DNA of 64,000 nt from an uncultured Bacilli bacterium. Lineage in GTDB: Bacteria > Bacillota_I > Bacilli_A > RF39 > UBA660. Numbering within the stretch: position 1 is the first letter of the stretch; each line of letters opens with the position of its first letter. The notes below the pieces were generated by a model. The model was not told the DNA's origin. It saw only the letters and a program-made list of their open reading frames with translations, and did no database searches. Location of the stretch: the NCBI GenBank assembly GCA_934086315.1, contig CAKOHZ010000001.1:472737-536736 (forward strand). The letters run 5' to 3'. Positions 1 to 7,616 of this stretch are shown here, piece by piece. The position numbers and the translations under genes were made by a program.

Positions 1-391
1 AAAAAAAGAAAGAGTTAAAAAGATGTTCCCAGGATATGTTCTTATCGAAATGATAATGAGCGATGAAGCTTGGTATGTTGTACGTAATACTCCAGGAGTA
101 ACAGGATTTATAGGTTCATCAGGAAAAGGTGCTAAACCAATTCCACTATCACCAGAAGAAGTTAAGAAATTTATAGGTGATGGAGTAGATACAACAACAC
201 CAATTAATACAGATGTAGAAGTTGGAGACACTGTAACTATCATAGATGGTCCATTCAAAGGAATGTATGGTAAGATCGAAAGTGAAGATAAAGAAAATGA
301 AAAACTAACAGTTCTTATCGATCTATTCGGACAAGAAACACCAGTAGAAGTAGACTTAATTCAAGTATCTAAAAGAGTAGATGAAATATAA
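1..391 (+). CDS. nusG: Transcription termination/antitermination factor NusG, C-terminal part (5' end outside window; reading frame runs from nt 2)
   Basis: Translation FPGYVLIEM...RNTPGVTGF...GDTVTIIDGPFKGMYGKIE matches the NusG NGN/KOW regions. The ORF is open back to the window edge. Confidence 0.85.
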   Translation, partial: KKERVKKMFPGYVLIEMIMSDEAWYVVRNTPGVTGFIGSSGKGAKPIPLSPEEVKKFIGDGVDTTTPINTDVEVGDTVTIIDGPFKGMYGKIESEDKENEKLTVLIDLFGQETPVEVDLIQVSKRVDEI

Positions 392-419
392 TTTTCAGAT
401 ATAGATTATCGGAGGAATT

Positions 420-881
420 ATGAAAAAGTTAAAGGTTTTAAGTGTAATACTACTTATGTTAATCTTGATAACTGGATGTAAACAAACTGAACAAAAAGGC
501 AATATGATGAAGTTAGAACTAAATTGTGATGCTGAAAATGGTTATTTATGGCAAACAACAATATTAAATTCTAATGTAATTAAATCAGTAGGCGATGAAT
601 TTCTTTACAAAGATCAAGACAATGTACTAGAAACTGTCCAAAAGATAACTTTCAAAGCTCTAGAAGCTGGAAGTGCCGAAATAGAAATTAAATATATAAA
701 TACTTCAAAAGAAGATGCGGAAAAAGATTATAGTATAAAATATATAGTAGAAGTTGATAGTGATTTAAATATAAAAATACTTAGTAAAACTGGTAAATTT
801 TATGAAGATGAAATTATAACACCGGAACTTTATACTGAAGTAGAAGACAAAAAAGAAGAAAGTCAATCTAGTGAAAACTAA
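420..881 (+). CDS. Lipoprotein of unknown function; weak resemblance to chagasin/I42-type peptidase inhibitors (ENGYLWQ motif)
   Basis: N-terminal signal peptide with lipobox LITGC. SD ggagg sits 6 nt upstream. The I42 assignment is only motif-level. Confidence 0.55.
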   Translation: MKKLKVLSVILLMLILITGCKQTEQKGNMMKLELNCDAENGYLWQTTILNSNVIKSVGDEFLYKDQDNVLETVQKITFKALEAGSAEIEIKYINTSKEDAEKDYSIKYIVEVDSDLNIKILSKTGKFYEDEIITPELYTEVEDKKEESQSSEN

Positions 882-946
882 ATTGACTTTTTATATTAAA
901 ATGATATACTTAATAAGTAAGAAAAACTTACATAGGAGGTAATAAA

Positions 947-1486
947 ATGGAATTAAAAGGAAGTAAAACAGAAGCGAATCTTTTAGCAGCATTCGCTGGT
1001 GAGAGTCAAGCAAGAAATAAATATACTTATTATGCTAGTCAAGCTAAGAAAGATGGTTATGAACAAATAGCTGCTATATTTGAAGAAACAGCTAATAATG
1101 AGAAAGAACATGCTAAAATGTGGTTCAAAGAATTACATGGTGGAAGCATTCCAAGTACAATTGAAAACTTAAAAGATGCAGCAGCTGGAGAAAATTATGA
1201 ATGGACAGATATGTACAAAGAATTTGCCAAAACTGCTAAAGAAGAAGGATTTGACAATATTGCTAAATTGTTTGAACAAGTAGGTGAAATTGAAAAACAT
1301 CACGAAGAAAGATATATGAAATTAGTTGGTAATATTGAAAACAATTTAGTATTTGAACGTAATGAAGAAAAAATTTGGATTTGCAGAAATTGTGGACACG
1401 TATATAAAGGAAAAACTGCATTAAAAGTTTGCCCAGTATGTAAACATCCAGAAAGCTACATGGAATTAAAAGCTGAAAATTATTAA
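947..1486 (+). CDS. rbr: Rubrerythrin (ferritin-like diiron domain plus C-terminal rubredoxin-like CxxC...CxxC)
   Basis: [16 protein letters not shown], EExEH motifs, and C-terminal CRNCGH...CPVCKH. SD aggagg lies upstream. Confidence 0.85.
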   Translation: MELKGSKTEANLLAAFAGESQARNKYTYYASQAKKDGYEQIAAIFEETANNEKEHAKMWFKELHGGSIPSTIENLKDAAAGENYEWTDMYKEFAKTAKEEGFDNIAKLFEQVGEIEKHHEERYMKLVGNIENNLVFERNEEKIWICRNCGHVYKGKTALKVCPVCKHPESYMELKAENY

Positions 1487-1488
1487 TA

Positions 1489-1522
1489 AAATGCATTAAA
1501 AAATAATGCATTTTTTATTTTG
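1489..1522 (+). terminator. Rho-independent terminator (two copies of the self-complementary aatgcatt, then a T-tract)
   Basis: aatgcatt-aaaaaat-aatgcatt followed by ttttttatttt, immediately after the rbr stop. Confidence 0.6.
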
Positions 1523-1559
1523 TTATGGTAAAATATTTAAAGAATAGGGTGTGATATTA

Positions 1560-2606
1560 ATGAGAAGTGCTGTATTAAAAGGTGCTAGAAAAATAGAAGT
1601 AGAGAAGAAAGAAAATATGGTTGGCAAAGAAGGATACATTTTAATAGACGTATTAAAAGTTGGTATCTGCGGTTCTGATATTCATTATTGGGTGGAAGGA
1701 AATCCTAAGAATCTAGTAATGGGTCATGAATTTAGTGGTATTGTTATTGATGCTGCTAATAGTAAAAAGTTTAAAGAAGGAGATAGAGTTACAGCTCTTC
1801 CAATTAGTCCATGTTTAAAATGTAAAAATTGTAAAGAAGGAAATGTACAATTATGTAGTGAAACTTGGACACATGCAGTTGGACTTAGCTTAGACTTTCC
1901 AGGTGGATTTGGTGGTAGAGTTTTAGTACGTGAAGACATGTTAAGACTTCTTCCAAATACAGTAAGCTTTGAAGTAGGAGCTATGATTGAGCCAGCGGCA
2001 GTAGGTTTAAGAGCAGCAAATGTATCAAACGTTAAAAAAGGAGATAAATGCTTAGTTATAGGTGGTGGAATCATAGGACTTTTAACAGCTGAATTTCTAA
2101 AACTAAAAGGTGCATCTTACGTTGCATTAACAGAAACTAATGAAGCAAGAGGAACTAAATCAGTAAAATTAGGTGCTGCAGACGAATGGTTTAATGCACT
2201 TGATCCAAAATTAACTGAAAAATTAATGACACGTACAAACGCTGAAGGATTCGATGTAGTATGTGATTGCTGTGGAAATAGCCCAGCATTATCTAGTGGA
2301 CTTATGTTTACTAAACCAAATGGTAACTTAACTTTAGTTGGCATATCACTTGGAATGGTACAAATACCATTAGTTATGGGAGTAATGAAAGAAGTTAATA
2401 TCAAAGGTTCTATCGCATACAAAAGAGAAGAATTTGATGAAGTTATTGAACTAGCTTCTAAAGGAAAAATTAACTTAGCAAAATACATAGATGATATTGT
2501 AACTTTAGATGACGTACAAAAAGCATTTGAAAGATTAACAAGCGGTATGGATGACGCAGTTAAAATACTAGTAGATCCAAACAAACATAAAATCATTGAA
2601 CTTTAA
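1560..2606 (+). CDS. Zn-dependent medium-chain alcohol/polyol dehydrogenase (sorbitol/threonine dehydrogenase-like)
   Basis: GICGSDIHYW and GHEFSGIV motifs, structural-zinc CxxCxxC (CLKCKNCKEG), GxGxxG (VIGGGIIG). ATG at 1560 follows SD agggtg. The track start at 1551 is a GTG without good SD spacing. Confidence 0.8.
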   Translation: MRSAVLKGARKIEVEKKENMVGKEGYILIDVLKVGICGSDIHYWVEGNPKNLVMGHEFSGIVIDAANSKKFKEGDRVTALPISPCLKCKNCKEGNVQLCSETWTHAVGLSLDFPGGFGGRVLVREDMLRLLPNTVSFEVGAMIEPAAVGLRAANVSNVKKGDKCLVIGGGIIGLLTAEFLKLKGASYVALTETNEARGTKSVKLGAADEWFNALDPKLTEKLMTRTNAEGFDVVCDCCGNSPALSSGLMFTKPNGNLTLVGISLGMVQIPLVMGVMKEVNIKGSIAYKREEFDEVIELASKGKINLAKYIDDIVTLDDVQKAFERLTSGMDDAVKILVDPNKHKIIEL

Positions 2607-2629
2607 AAGAGGAATTAATCCTCTTTTTT
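2606..2629. terminator. Bidirectional hairpin terminator between convergent genes
   Basis: aaagagga-attaa-tcctcttt with T-runs on both strands. The stop of the minus-strand gene lies inside it. Confidence 0.55.
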
Positions 2630-3151
2630 GATGCCATATACTTTATCTTTAGTATCATAAAATAAGTAAGAATGTACTGGATAATACGTTAGATAATAAA
2701 ATATAAAGTATGTAAATATAATTAATAAAGTTCCAATCATCTTAGAATACTTAATTTCTTTAGTATTAAGAATACAATAACTAATATAAGATATAAGAAT
2801 ATAATCAAGAAATAATAGTACTATAGATACAATCATATTATGTCCTAAGTAATAATCAATAGGTAAGTAAACAATAAGATATGAAATAATACCAACTATT
2901 ATAGAAATACCATATGATAAAGAAAAATTATTAAATTTTATATTTTTCTTTCTATAAATAAAATACTCAATTAATGCATAAAAGAGTACTGGAGTAATAA
3001 GCAATTTCATATGTTCCCATATACTTTCATTAACAGGGAAAAGTATACTAAATATAAAATTATTAAACCATTCATACATAAAATGAGATAAAACAGATAA
3101 ACCCATAATAACAAAAACACCAATAATTTTAATTTTTTTCATAATAATCAT
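2615..3151 (-). CDS. Integral membrane protein, Tyr/Ile-rich, unknown function
   Basis: 178 aa with about five hydrophobic segments. No recognisable family. It sits convergent to the ADH gene. Confidence 0.5.
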   Translation of the reverse strand: MIIMKKIKIIGVFVIMGLSVLSHFMYEWFNNFIFSILFPVNESIWEHMKLLITPVLFYALIEYFIYRKKNIKFNNFSLSYGISIIVGIISYLIVYLPIDYYLGHNMIVSIVLLFLDYILISYISYCILNTKEIKYSKMIGTLLIIFTYFIFYYLTYYPVHSYLFYDTKDKVYGIKKED

Positions 3152-3159
3152 TAATATTA

Positions 3160-3296
3160 TGCTTATTTTCCTTGATTTTATACAACTTTTATGCTATTAT
3201 CAAGTAGTCGATTTATATCGGTGGATATAAATTAGAAGTGGGAGATTTAAGGATTATCGCGGAACCACTCGCGAAAAAAAATAACTAAAATATATA
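3160..3296 (+). promoter_or_regulatory. Structured leader upstream of rplK-rplA (possible L1/L11 autoregulatory leader)
   Basis: Hairpins gatttatatc-ggtg-gatataaatt and cgcg-gaaccact-cgcg plus gggag...aagg elements, directly upstream of the rplK SD. The functional assignment is inferred. Confidence 0.3.
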
Positions 3297-3309
3297 GGAG
3301 GTGTTTTTC

Positions 3310-3918
3310 GTGGCAAAGAATGTTGTAAAGAAAATCAAATTACAAATTCCAGCAGGTAAAGCTACACCAGCTCCACCAATCGGTACTGGATTAGGACCTA
3401 CAGGAATTAATCTACAAGAATTCTGTACAAAATACAATGAAGCAACAAGAGAAAAAATGGGAGATATCATACCAGTTGAAGTATCTATTTATGATGATAG
3501 AACATTTGACTTCGTATTAAAGACTCCACCAACTGCATCATTAATTAAGAAAGCAGCTGGAATTGAAAAAGGTAGTACAAAAGGTGCTAATAACATTGTT
3601 GCAACTATTTCAAAAGACGATATCGTTAAAATAGCTGAAATCAAAATGCCTGATTTAAATGCATATGATCAAGAAGCTGCTATTAATACAGTTGCTGGAA
3701 CAGCTAGAAATATGGGTGTTGCTATTAAGGGACTTAATGATTCAGAATTAGCTGAACATGCTAAAGAAGCTGCTGAAGCAGAAGCTCAAGCTGCTAAATT
3801 AGAAGAAGCTCTTGAAGAAATGGAAGAAAGTGCTAAAGCTATGGCTGAAGGTGCTAATGTTGAAGTTGAATCAACAGAACAATCTAAAGAAGACGAAGAT
3901 AAAGCAAGCGAAGAATAA
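3310..3918 (+). CDS. rplK: 50S ribosomal protein L11 with an unusual ~60-aa acidic/Ala-rich C-terminal extension
   Basis: VAKNVVKKIKLQIPAGKATPAPPIG... matches L11. GTG start at 3310 lies 8 nt after GGAGG. The canonical L11 ends near residue 141 but the ORF continues to residue 202. Confidence 0.85.
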   Translation: MAKNVVKKIKLQIPAGKATPAPPIGTGLGPTGINLQEFCTKYNEATREKMGDIIPVEVSIYDDRTFDFVLKTPPTASLIKKAAGIEKGSTKGANNIVATISKDDIVKIAEIKMPDLNAYDQEAAINTVAGTARNMGVAIKGLNDSELAEHAKEAAEAEAQAAKLEEALEEMEESAKAMAEGANVEVESTEQSKEDEDKASEE

Positions 3919-3987
3919 TTAAATAAAAATAAAATTATTCGTGAGAAAATATAGATAATCCAAATACCACATAAGGAGGTTAAGTTT

Positions 3988-4677
3988 ATGAAAAAACATA
4001 GTAAGATGTATGTGGAAGCATTAGGTAACGTTGACAAAAATAAAAGTTATGATGTTACTGAAGCGATAAAAGTACTTAAAAGTCTTAAACCTAGAAAATT
4101 TGATGAATCTGTAGACTTAGCATTAAAATTAAATATTGATGCTAAAAAGACTGATCAAAATATCAGAGGAAGTTTTGTTCTTCCAAATGGAACTGGTAAG
4201 ACTAAAAGAATATTAGTTGTTACTAAAACTAAAGCTGCTGAAGCTGGTGAAGCTGATTATTGTGGAGCAGAAGATATGATCGAAAAAATCGAAAAAGAAA
4301 ATTGGTTCGAATTCGATACAATCGTAGCTACTCCAGAAATGATGCCATTATTAGGTAAACTTGGTAAAGTTTTAGGTCCTAAAGGATTAATGCCAAACCC
4401 AAAACTTGGAACAGTTACTACTAATGTTAAAGATGCAATCACTAATATTAAAAAAGGTATGGTTGAATATAAGAATGATTCTTATGGAAACGTTCATATG
4501 TCAATCGGAAAACTATCATTTAGCGAAGAAAAACTTGAAGAAAATTTAAGAGCTATCGTTAATGAAATAGTTAAAAACAAACCAACAGCTGTTAAAGGTA
4601 CTTTTGTTAAAAACATTAGTGTTTCAACAACTATGGGTCCTGGTGTAAAAGTAGATAAAGCATCTCTAGGATTATAA
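3988..4677 (+). CDS. rplA: 50S ribosomal protein L1
   Basis: 229 aa with L1 motifs (VDLALKLNID, PKGLMPNPKLGTVT). GGAGG sits 9 nt upstream. Confidence 0.9.
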   Translation: MKKHSKMYVEALGNVDKNKSYDVTEAIKVLKSLKPRKFDESVDLALKLNIDAKKTDQNIRGSFVLPNGTGKTKRILVVTKTKAAEAGEADYCGAEDMIEKIEKENWFEFDTIVATPEMMPLLGKLGKVLGPKGLMPNPKLGTVTTNVKDAITNIKKGMVEYKNDSYGNVHMSIGKLSFSEEKLEENLRAIVNEIVKNKPTAVKGTFVKNISVSTTMGPGVKVDKASLGL

Positions 4678-4687
4678 TAAAAAAATA

Positions 4688-4711
4688 AAGCAGTAGAAAT
4701 ACTGCTTTTTA
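4688..4711 (+). terminator. Rho-independent terminator after rplA
   Basis: aagcagta-gaaa-tactgctt + ttt. Confidence 0.65.
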
Positions 4712-4726
4712 AATGTAAAAAAACCA

Positions 4727-4933
4727 CTATTTGATTTTTTCATCTAGTGGTTTTAATAATATACCAGTTGATATAATGCCACATATACCAACAATAGCAT
4801 ATACAAGATTAGTTAACATAGAATCAACTCCAAAGAGCAAAGATACTAAGTTAACATTAAACACTCCAACCATACCCCAGTTAATAGCACCTATTATAGT
4901 AAATGTAAGTGCAACTTTATAAAGCGTATTCAT
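4727..4933 (-). CDS. DUF378 family small membrane protein
   Basis: 68 aa. ALTFTIIGAINWGMVGVFNVNLVSLLFG matches the DUF378 signature (IGGLNWGLVG). Confidence 0.7.
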   Translation of the reverse strand: MNTLYKVALTFTIIGAINWGMVGVFNVNLVSLLFGVDSMLTNLVYAIVGICGIISTGILLKPLDEKIK

Positions 4934-5088
4934 CTTTCCTCCTTACACACTATTATTATTTACTCATTTTAAATTTTCTATTCATATAAAGTACAAACTA
5001 AAATATAATTTAGTGTGAAGGGGGAATTAATATAAAAAAAGTAATATTATTACTAGTATCATGTTTTCTTTTAGTAGGCTGTAACAAA

Positions 5089-6012
5089 ATGGATTCTAAA
5101 AAAGCAATAAATGAATATAAAAAACTTTTAGATGATAACTCAAAATATACTCTAACAGGTCAAATGGATATAGTTAGTAATGAAGAACTTTATCATTACG
5201 ATGTTAAAGTAGATTATATGGAAGGAGACTATTATAAAGCATCGTTAACTAACAAAGATAATAGCCATGAACAAATAATATTAAAGAATAAAGACGGAGT
5301 TTATGTCGTAACACCATCACTTAATAAAAGTTTTAAATTTCAAAGTGAATGGCCATATAACAGTAGTCAAGCATATATCTTAACATCTTTATTAAAAGAC
5401 CTAGAAAATGATTCAAATGTTATTTTAGAAGAAAATGAAGACAAATATATCTTATCTTCATCAGTAAATTATCCAAATAATAGTGCACTTATAAGTCAAA
5501 AAATAGTATTCAACAAAGACATGAATCCAGAAGAAGTAAATGTATTTAATAAAGATGGAGTTGCTAATATAACATTTAAAATATCTAAAATAGATTTTAA
5601 ACCTGACTTCAAAGAAGATTATTTCAATGTAGAAAGTAATGCAGATGAAGAATGTTGTAAAGACGTAAGCAAGATTGACGAAATAGTTTATCCAATGTAC
5701 TTGCCAACTGGTACAAAATTCAAAAGTGAAGAAACTGTTAAGTCAAAAGATTCAGAAAGAGTAATACTAACATTCACTGGTGATAAATCGTTTATCTTAA
5801 TAGAAGAAGCATCAAAAGCACCAAAAGATTTTGAAGTAACAAGTGTGTCCGGAGAACTAGTATTTTATGAAAATGTCTTAGGTACACTAACTGGCTCATC
5901 TCTAAATTGGAATATGAATGGAAAAGATTACTACATCATAGGTGAAAACCTAACGAACGAAGAGCTTCTTAAAGTGGCATCTTCAACATCAGTAGTATCT
6001 CTAACAAAATAG
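5089..6012 (+). CDS. Secreted lipoprotein, LolA-like/DUF4367-like fold, unknown function (true start probably upstream at a non-canonical codon, see findings)
   Basis: 307 aa ORF. The in-frame upstream stretch encodes KKVILLLVSCFLLVGC (lipobox) preceded by a strong SD GGGGG. Confidence 0.6.
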   Translation: MDSKKAINEYKKLLDDNSKYTLTGQMDIVSNEELYHYDVKVDYMEGDYYKASLTNKDNSHEQIILKNKDGVYVVTPSLNKSFKFQSEWPYNSSQAYILTSLLKDLENDSNVILEENEDKYILSSSVNYPNNSALISQKIVFNKDMNPEEVNVFNKDGVANITFKISKIDFKPDFKEDYFNVESNADEECCKDVSKIDEIVYPMYLPTGTKFKSEETVKSKDSERVILTFTGDKSFILIEEASKAPKDFEVTSVSGELVFYENVLGTLTGSSLNWNMNGKDYYIIGENLTNEELLKVASSTSVVSLTK

Positions 6013-6035
6013 TATTAGGAAACTAATACTTTTTA
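6009..6035 (+). terminator. Terminator hairpin, copy 1 of a 25-bp direct repeat
   Basis: agtattag-gaaa-ctaatact + ttttt. It recurs at 7000-7027. Confidence 0.6.
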
Positions 6036-6095
6036 AATGCAATTTGAAGTATTTTATAAAGTTTTATCTAACTATAATATTAGGAGGATAAAATA

Positions 6096-6314
6096 ATGAA
6101 AAATGAAATAGTATTATTTGAAAATCAAAAGGTAAAATTAGAAGTTAATATGAAGGATGAAACAGTATGGTTAAATCGTGAACAACTAGCCAAACTGTTT
6201 GATAGAGATATTAAAACAATAGGAAAACATATTAATAATGTTTTAAAAGAAGAACTAGATAGTTCAGCTGTCACAAAATTTGCGACAGTTCAAAAAGAAG
6301 GAAATAGAAAATAA
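6096..6314 (+). pseudogene. N-terminal fragment (72 aa) of a RhuM-family virulence/Fic-associated protein; remainder deleted
   Basis: IVLFENQKVKLEVNMKDETVWLNREQLAKLFDRDIKTIGKHINNV...VQKEGNRK aligns to the first ~70 residues of RhuM-family proteins (~330 aa). A stop follows immediately and no continuation is found in any frame. Confidence 0.55.
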
Positions 6315-6496
6315 TACATTAGTAGCAATAACCCTTTTAGTAGCAGAGTCTAATCCAAAAGAAAAAAGAAATATTAATTGATTTAATTATTAACTTCCTA
6401 ACAAAATAAAAATATAAGAATATATATGTTTAATTTTTAAGTATACTAGTGCACACGACTTAAACTATGGTATAATCAGCGTAGAGGTGAAGATAA

Positions 6497-6922
6497 ATGA
6501 AACCAGGTTTAGGTGTAGGAGTAATGGTATTAAAAGAAAGTAAAATATTGCTAGGATTAAGAAATCCAAACAAAGAAAAAGCAAGTAGTGAACTACAAGG
6601 TCAAGGAACATGGACTATGCCTGGTGGAAAAGTAGAATTCATGGAAAAATTAGTTGAAGCAGCAAAAAGAGAACTAGAAGAAGAAACAAGTTTAAAAGCA
6701 ACAAAACTAGATTTATTATGTATATCAGATGACATGACAGATACTGCACATTATGTTACTGTTGGATTTATAGCAAGAGAATACACTGGAGAAGCAAAAG
6801 CAATGGAGCCAGAAACAATATTAGAATGGAAATGGTTTGATTTAAATGATTTACCAACTAATTTATATAATCCAAGTAAGAAATGCATCGAAAAATATAA
6901 AGAAGGCATAATTTATGAATAA
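6497..6922 (+). CDS. NUDIX hydrolase
   Basis: Nudix box GGKVEFMEKLVEAAKRELEEETSL. Own extended -10 promoter (tgGTATAAT) and SD. Confidence 0.8.
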   Translation: MKPGLGVGVMVLKESKILLGLRNPNKEKASSELQGQGTWTMPGGKVEFMEKLVEAAKRELEEETSLKATKLDLLCISDDMTDTAHYVTVGFIAREYTGEAKAMEPETILEWKWFDLNDLPTNLYNPSKKCIEKYKEGIIYE

Positions 6923-6999
6923 TCATAAATATTAATGTACATAGCACAAAAAAACATAAATTCAATTTAGTAATAAAATAATTTTATAATAGAATAACA

Positions 7000-7027
7000 A
7001 TAGTATTAGGAAACTAATGCTTTTTTT
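7000..7027 (+). terminator. Terminator hairpin, copy 2 of the 25-bp direct repeat
   Basis: agtattag-gaaa-ctaatgct + ttttttt, one mismatch relative to copy 1. Confidence 0.55.
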
Positions 7028-7068
7028 CTATATTTATGTTATTATATCTATAGAATAGGAAGGGTACT

Positions 7069-7569
7069 ATGAAAGAAAAGATAAAGTATACGTTGATTGT
7101 ATTATTATTTATTTTTGTAGTTTTAACTTGTTCATTATATTATCTTTTTAATAATTTCACAGTTAGAGGAAATGCTGATATTAAAAAGAAATACTATGAT
7201 ATCAAGTTTAGTAATGTAACAATAGATTATGAAACTGATATGACAGTAAAACTAGATAGTGATAATAACACAATAACAGTCAAAGTACCTGACTTAAATA
7301 AGTTTAGAAAAACAAATTCATTTAGTATAGATGTAACAAACATAGGAAATATAAATGCTAAAATAACAAACTTATACATAGAAAATATATTCGCAAATAT
7401 TGATACCAAGAATGTAAATTTAGACATATCTTTAGATAAAAATGACATCATTGAAGGTGGCAAAACAGAAAAGTTAAATATAAGAATAACGTATAATGGT
7501 AAAGATGTAATAGAACAACCATACTATGAATTTAGTATAAAATACATTTTTGATGAAGTAATTCTTTAA
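7069..7569 (+). CDS. Membrane-anchored protein of unknown function upstream of ftsA
   Basis: 166 aa with one N-terminal TM helix and an Asn/Ile-rich extracytoplasmic part. It occupies the position usually held by ftsQ/divIB-like genes but has no detectable similarity. Confidence 0.45.
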   Translation: MKEKIKYTLIVLLFIFVVLTCSLYYLFNNFTVRGNADIKKKYYDIKFSNVTIDYETDMTVKLDSDNNTITVKVPDLNKFRKTNSFSIDVTNIGNINAKITNLYIENIFANIDTKNVNLDISLDKNDIIEGGKTEKLNIRITYNGKDVIEQPYYEFSIKYIFDEVIL

Positions 7570-7616
7570 AAAAAGAATTTTTTTTGATATAATGATAATT
7601 GATTATAGGAGGATAC

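Noticed and set aside
1724-2596. Minus-strand ORFs of 116 and 159 aa inside the alcohol dehydrogenase gene
   Set aside because: Entirely antisense to a well-supported CDS, no SD, low-complexity Ser/Leu-rich translations typical of AT-rich antisense frames.
4731-4922. 63-aa plus-strand ORF
   Set aside because: Antisense to the DUF378 gene, which has a clear family signature. No SD.
7599-7616. Upstream TTG start for ftsA given by the ORF track
   Set aside because: The TTG overlaps the AGGAGG SD. The ATG at 7617 has ideal spacing and gives a canonical FtsA N-terminus.
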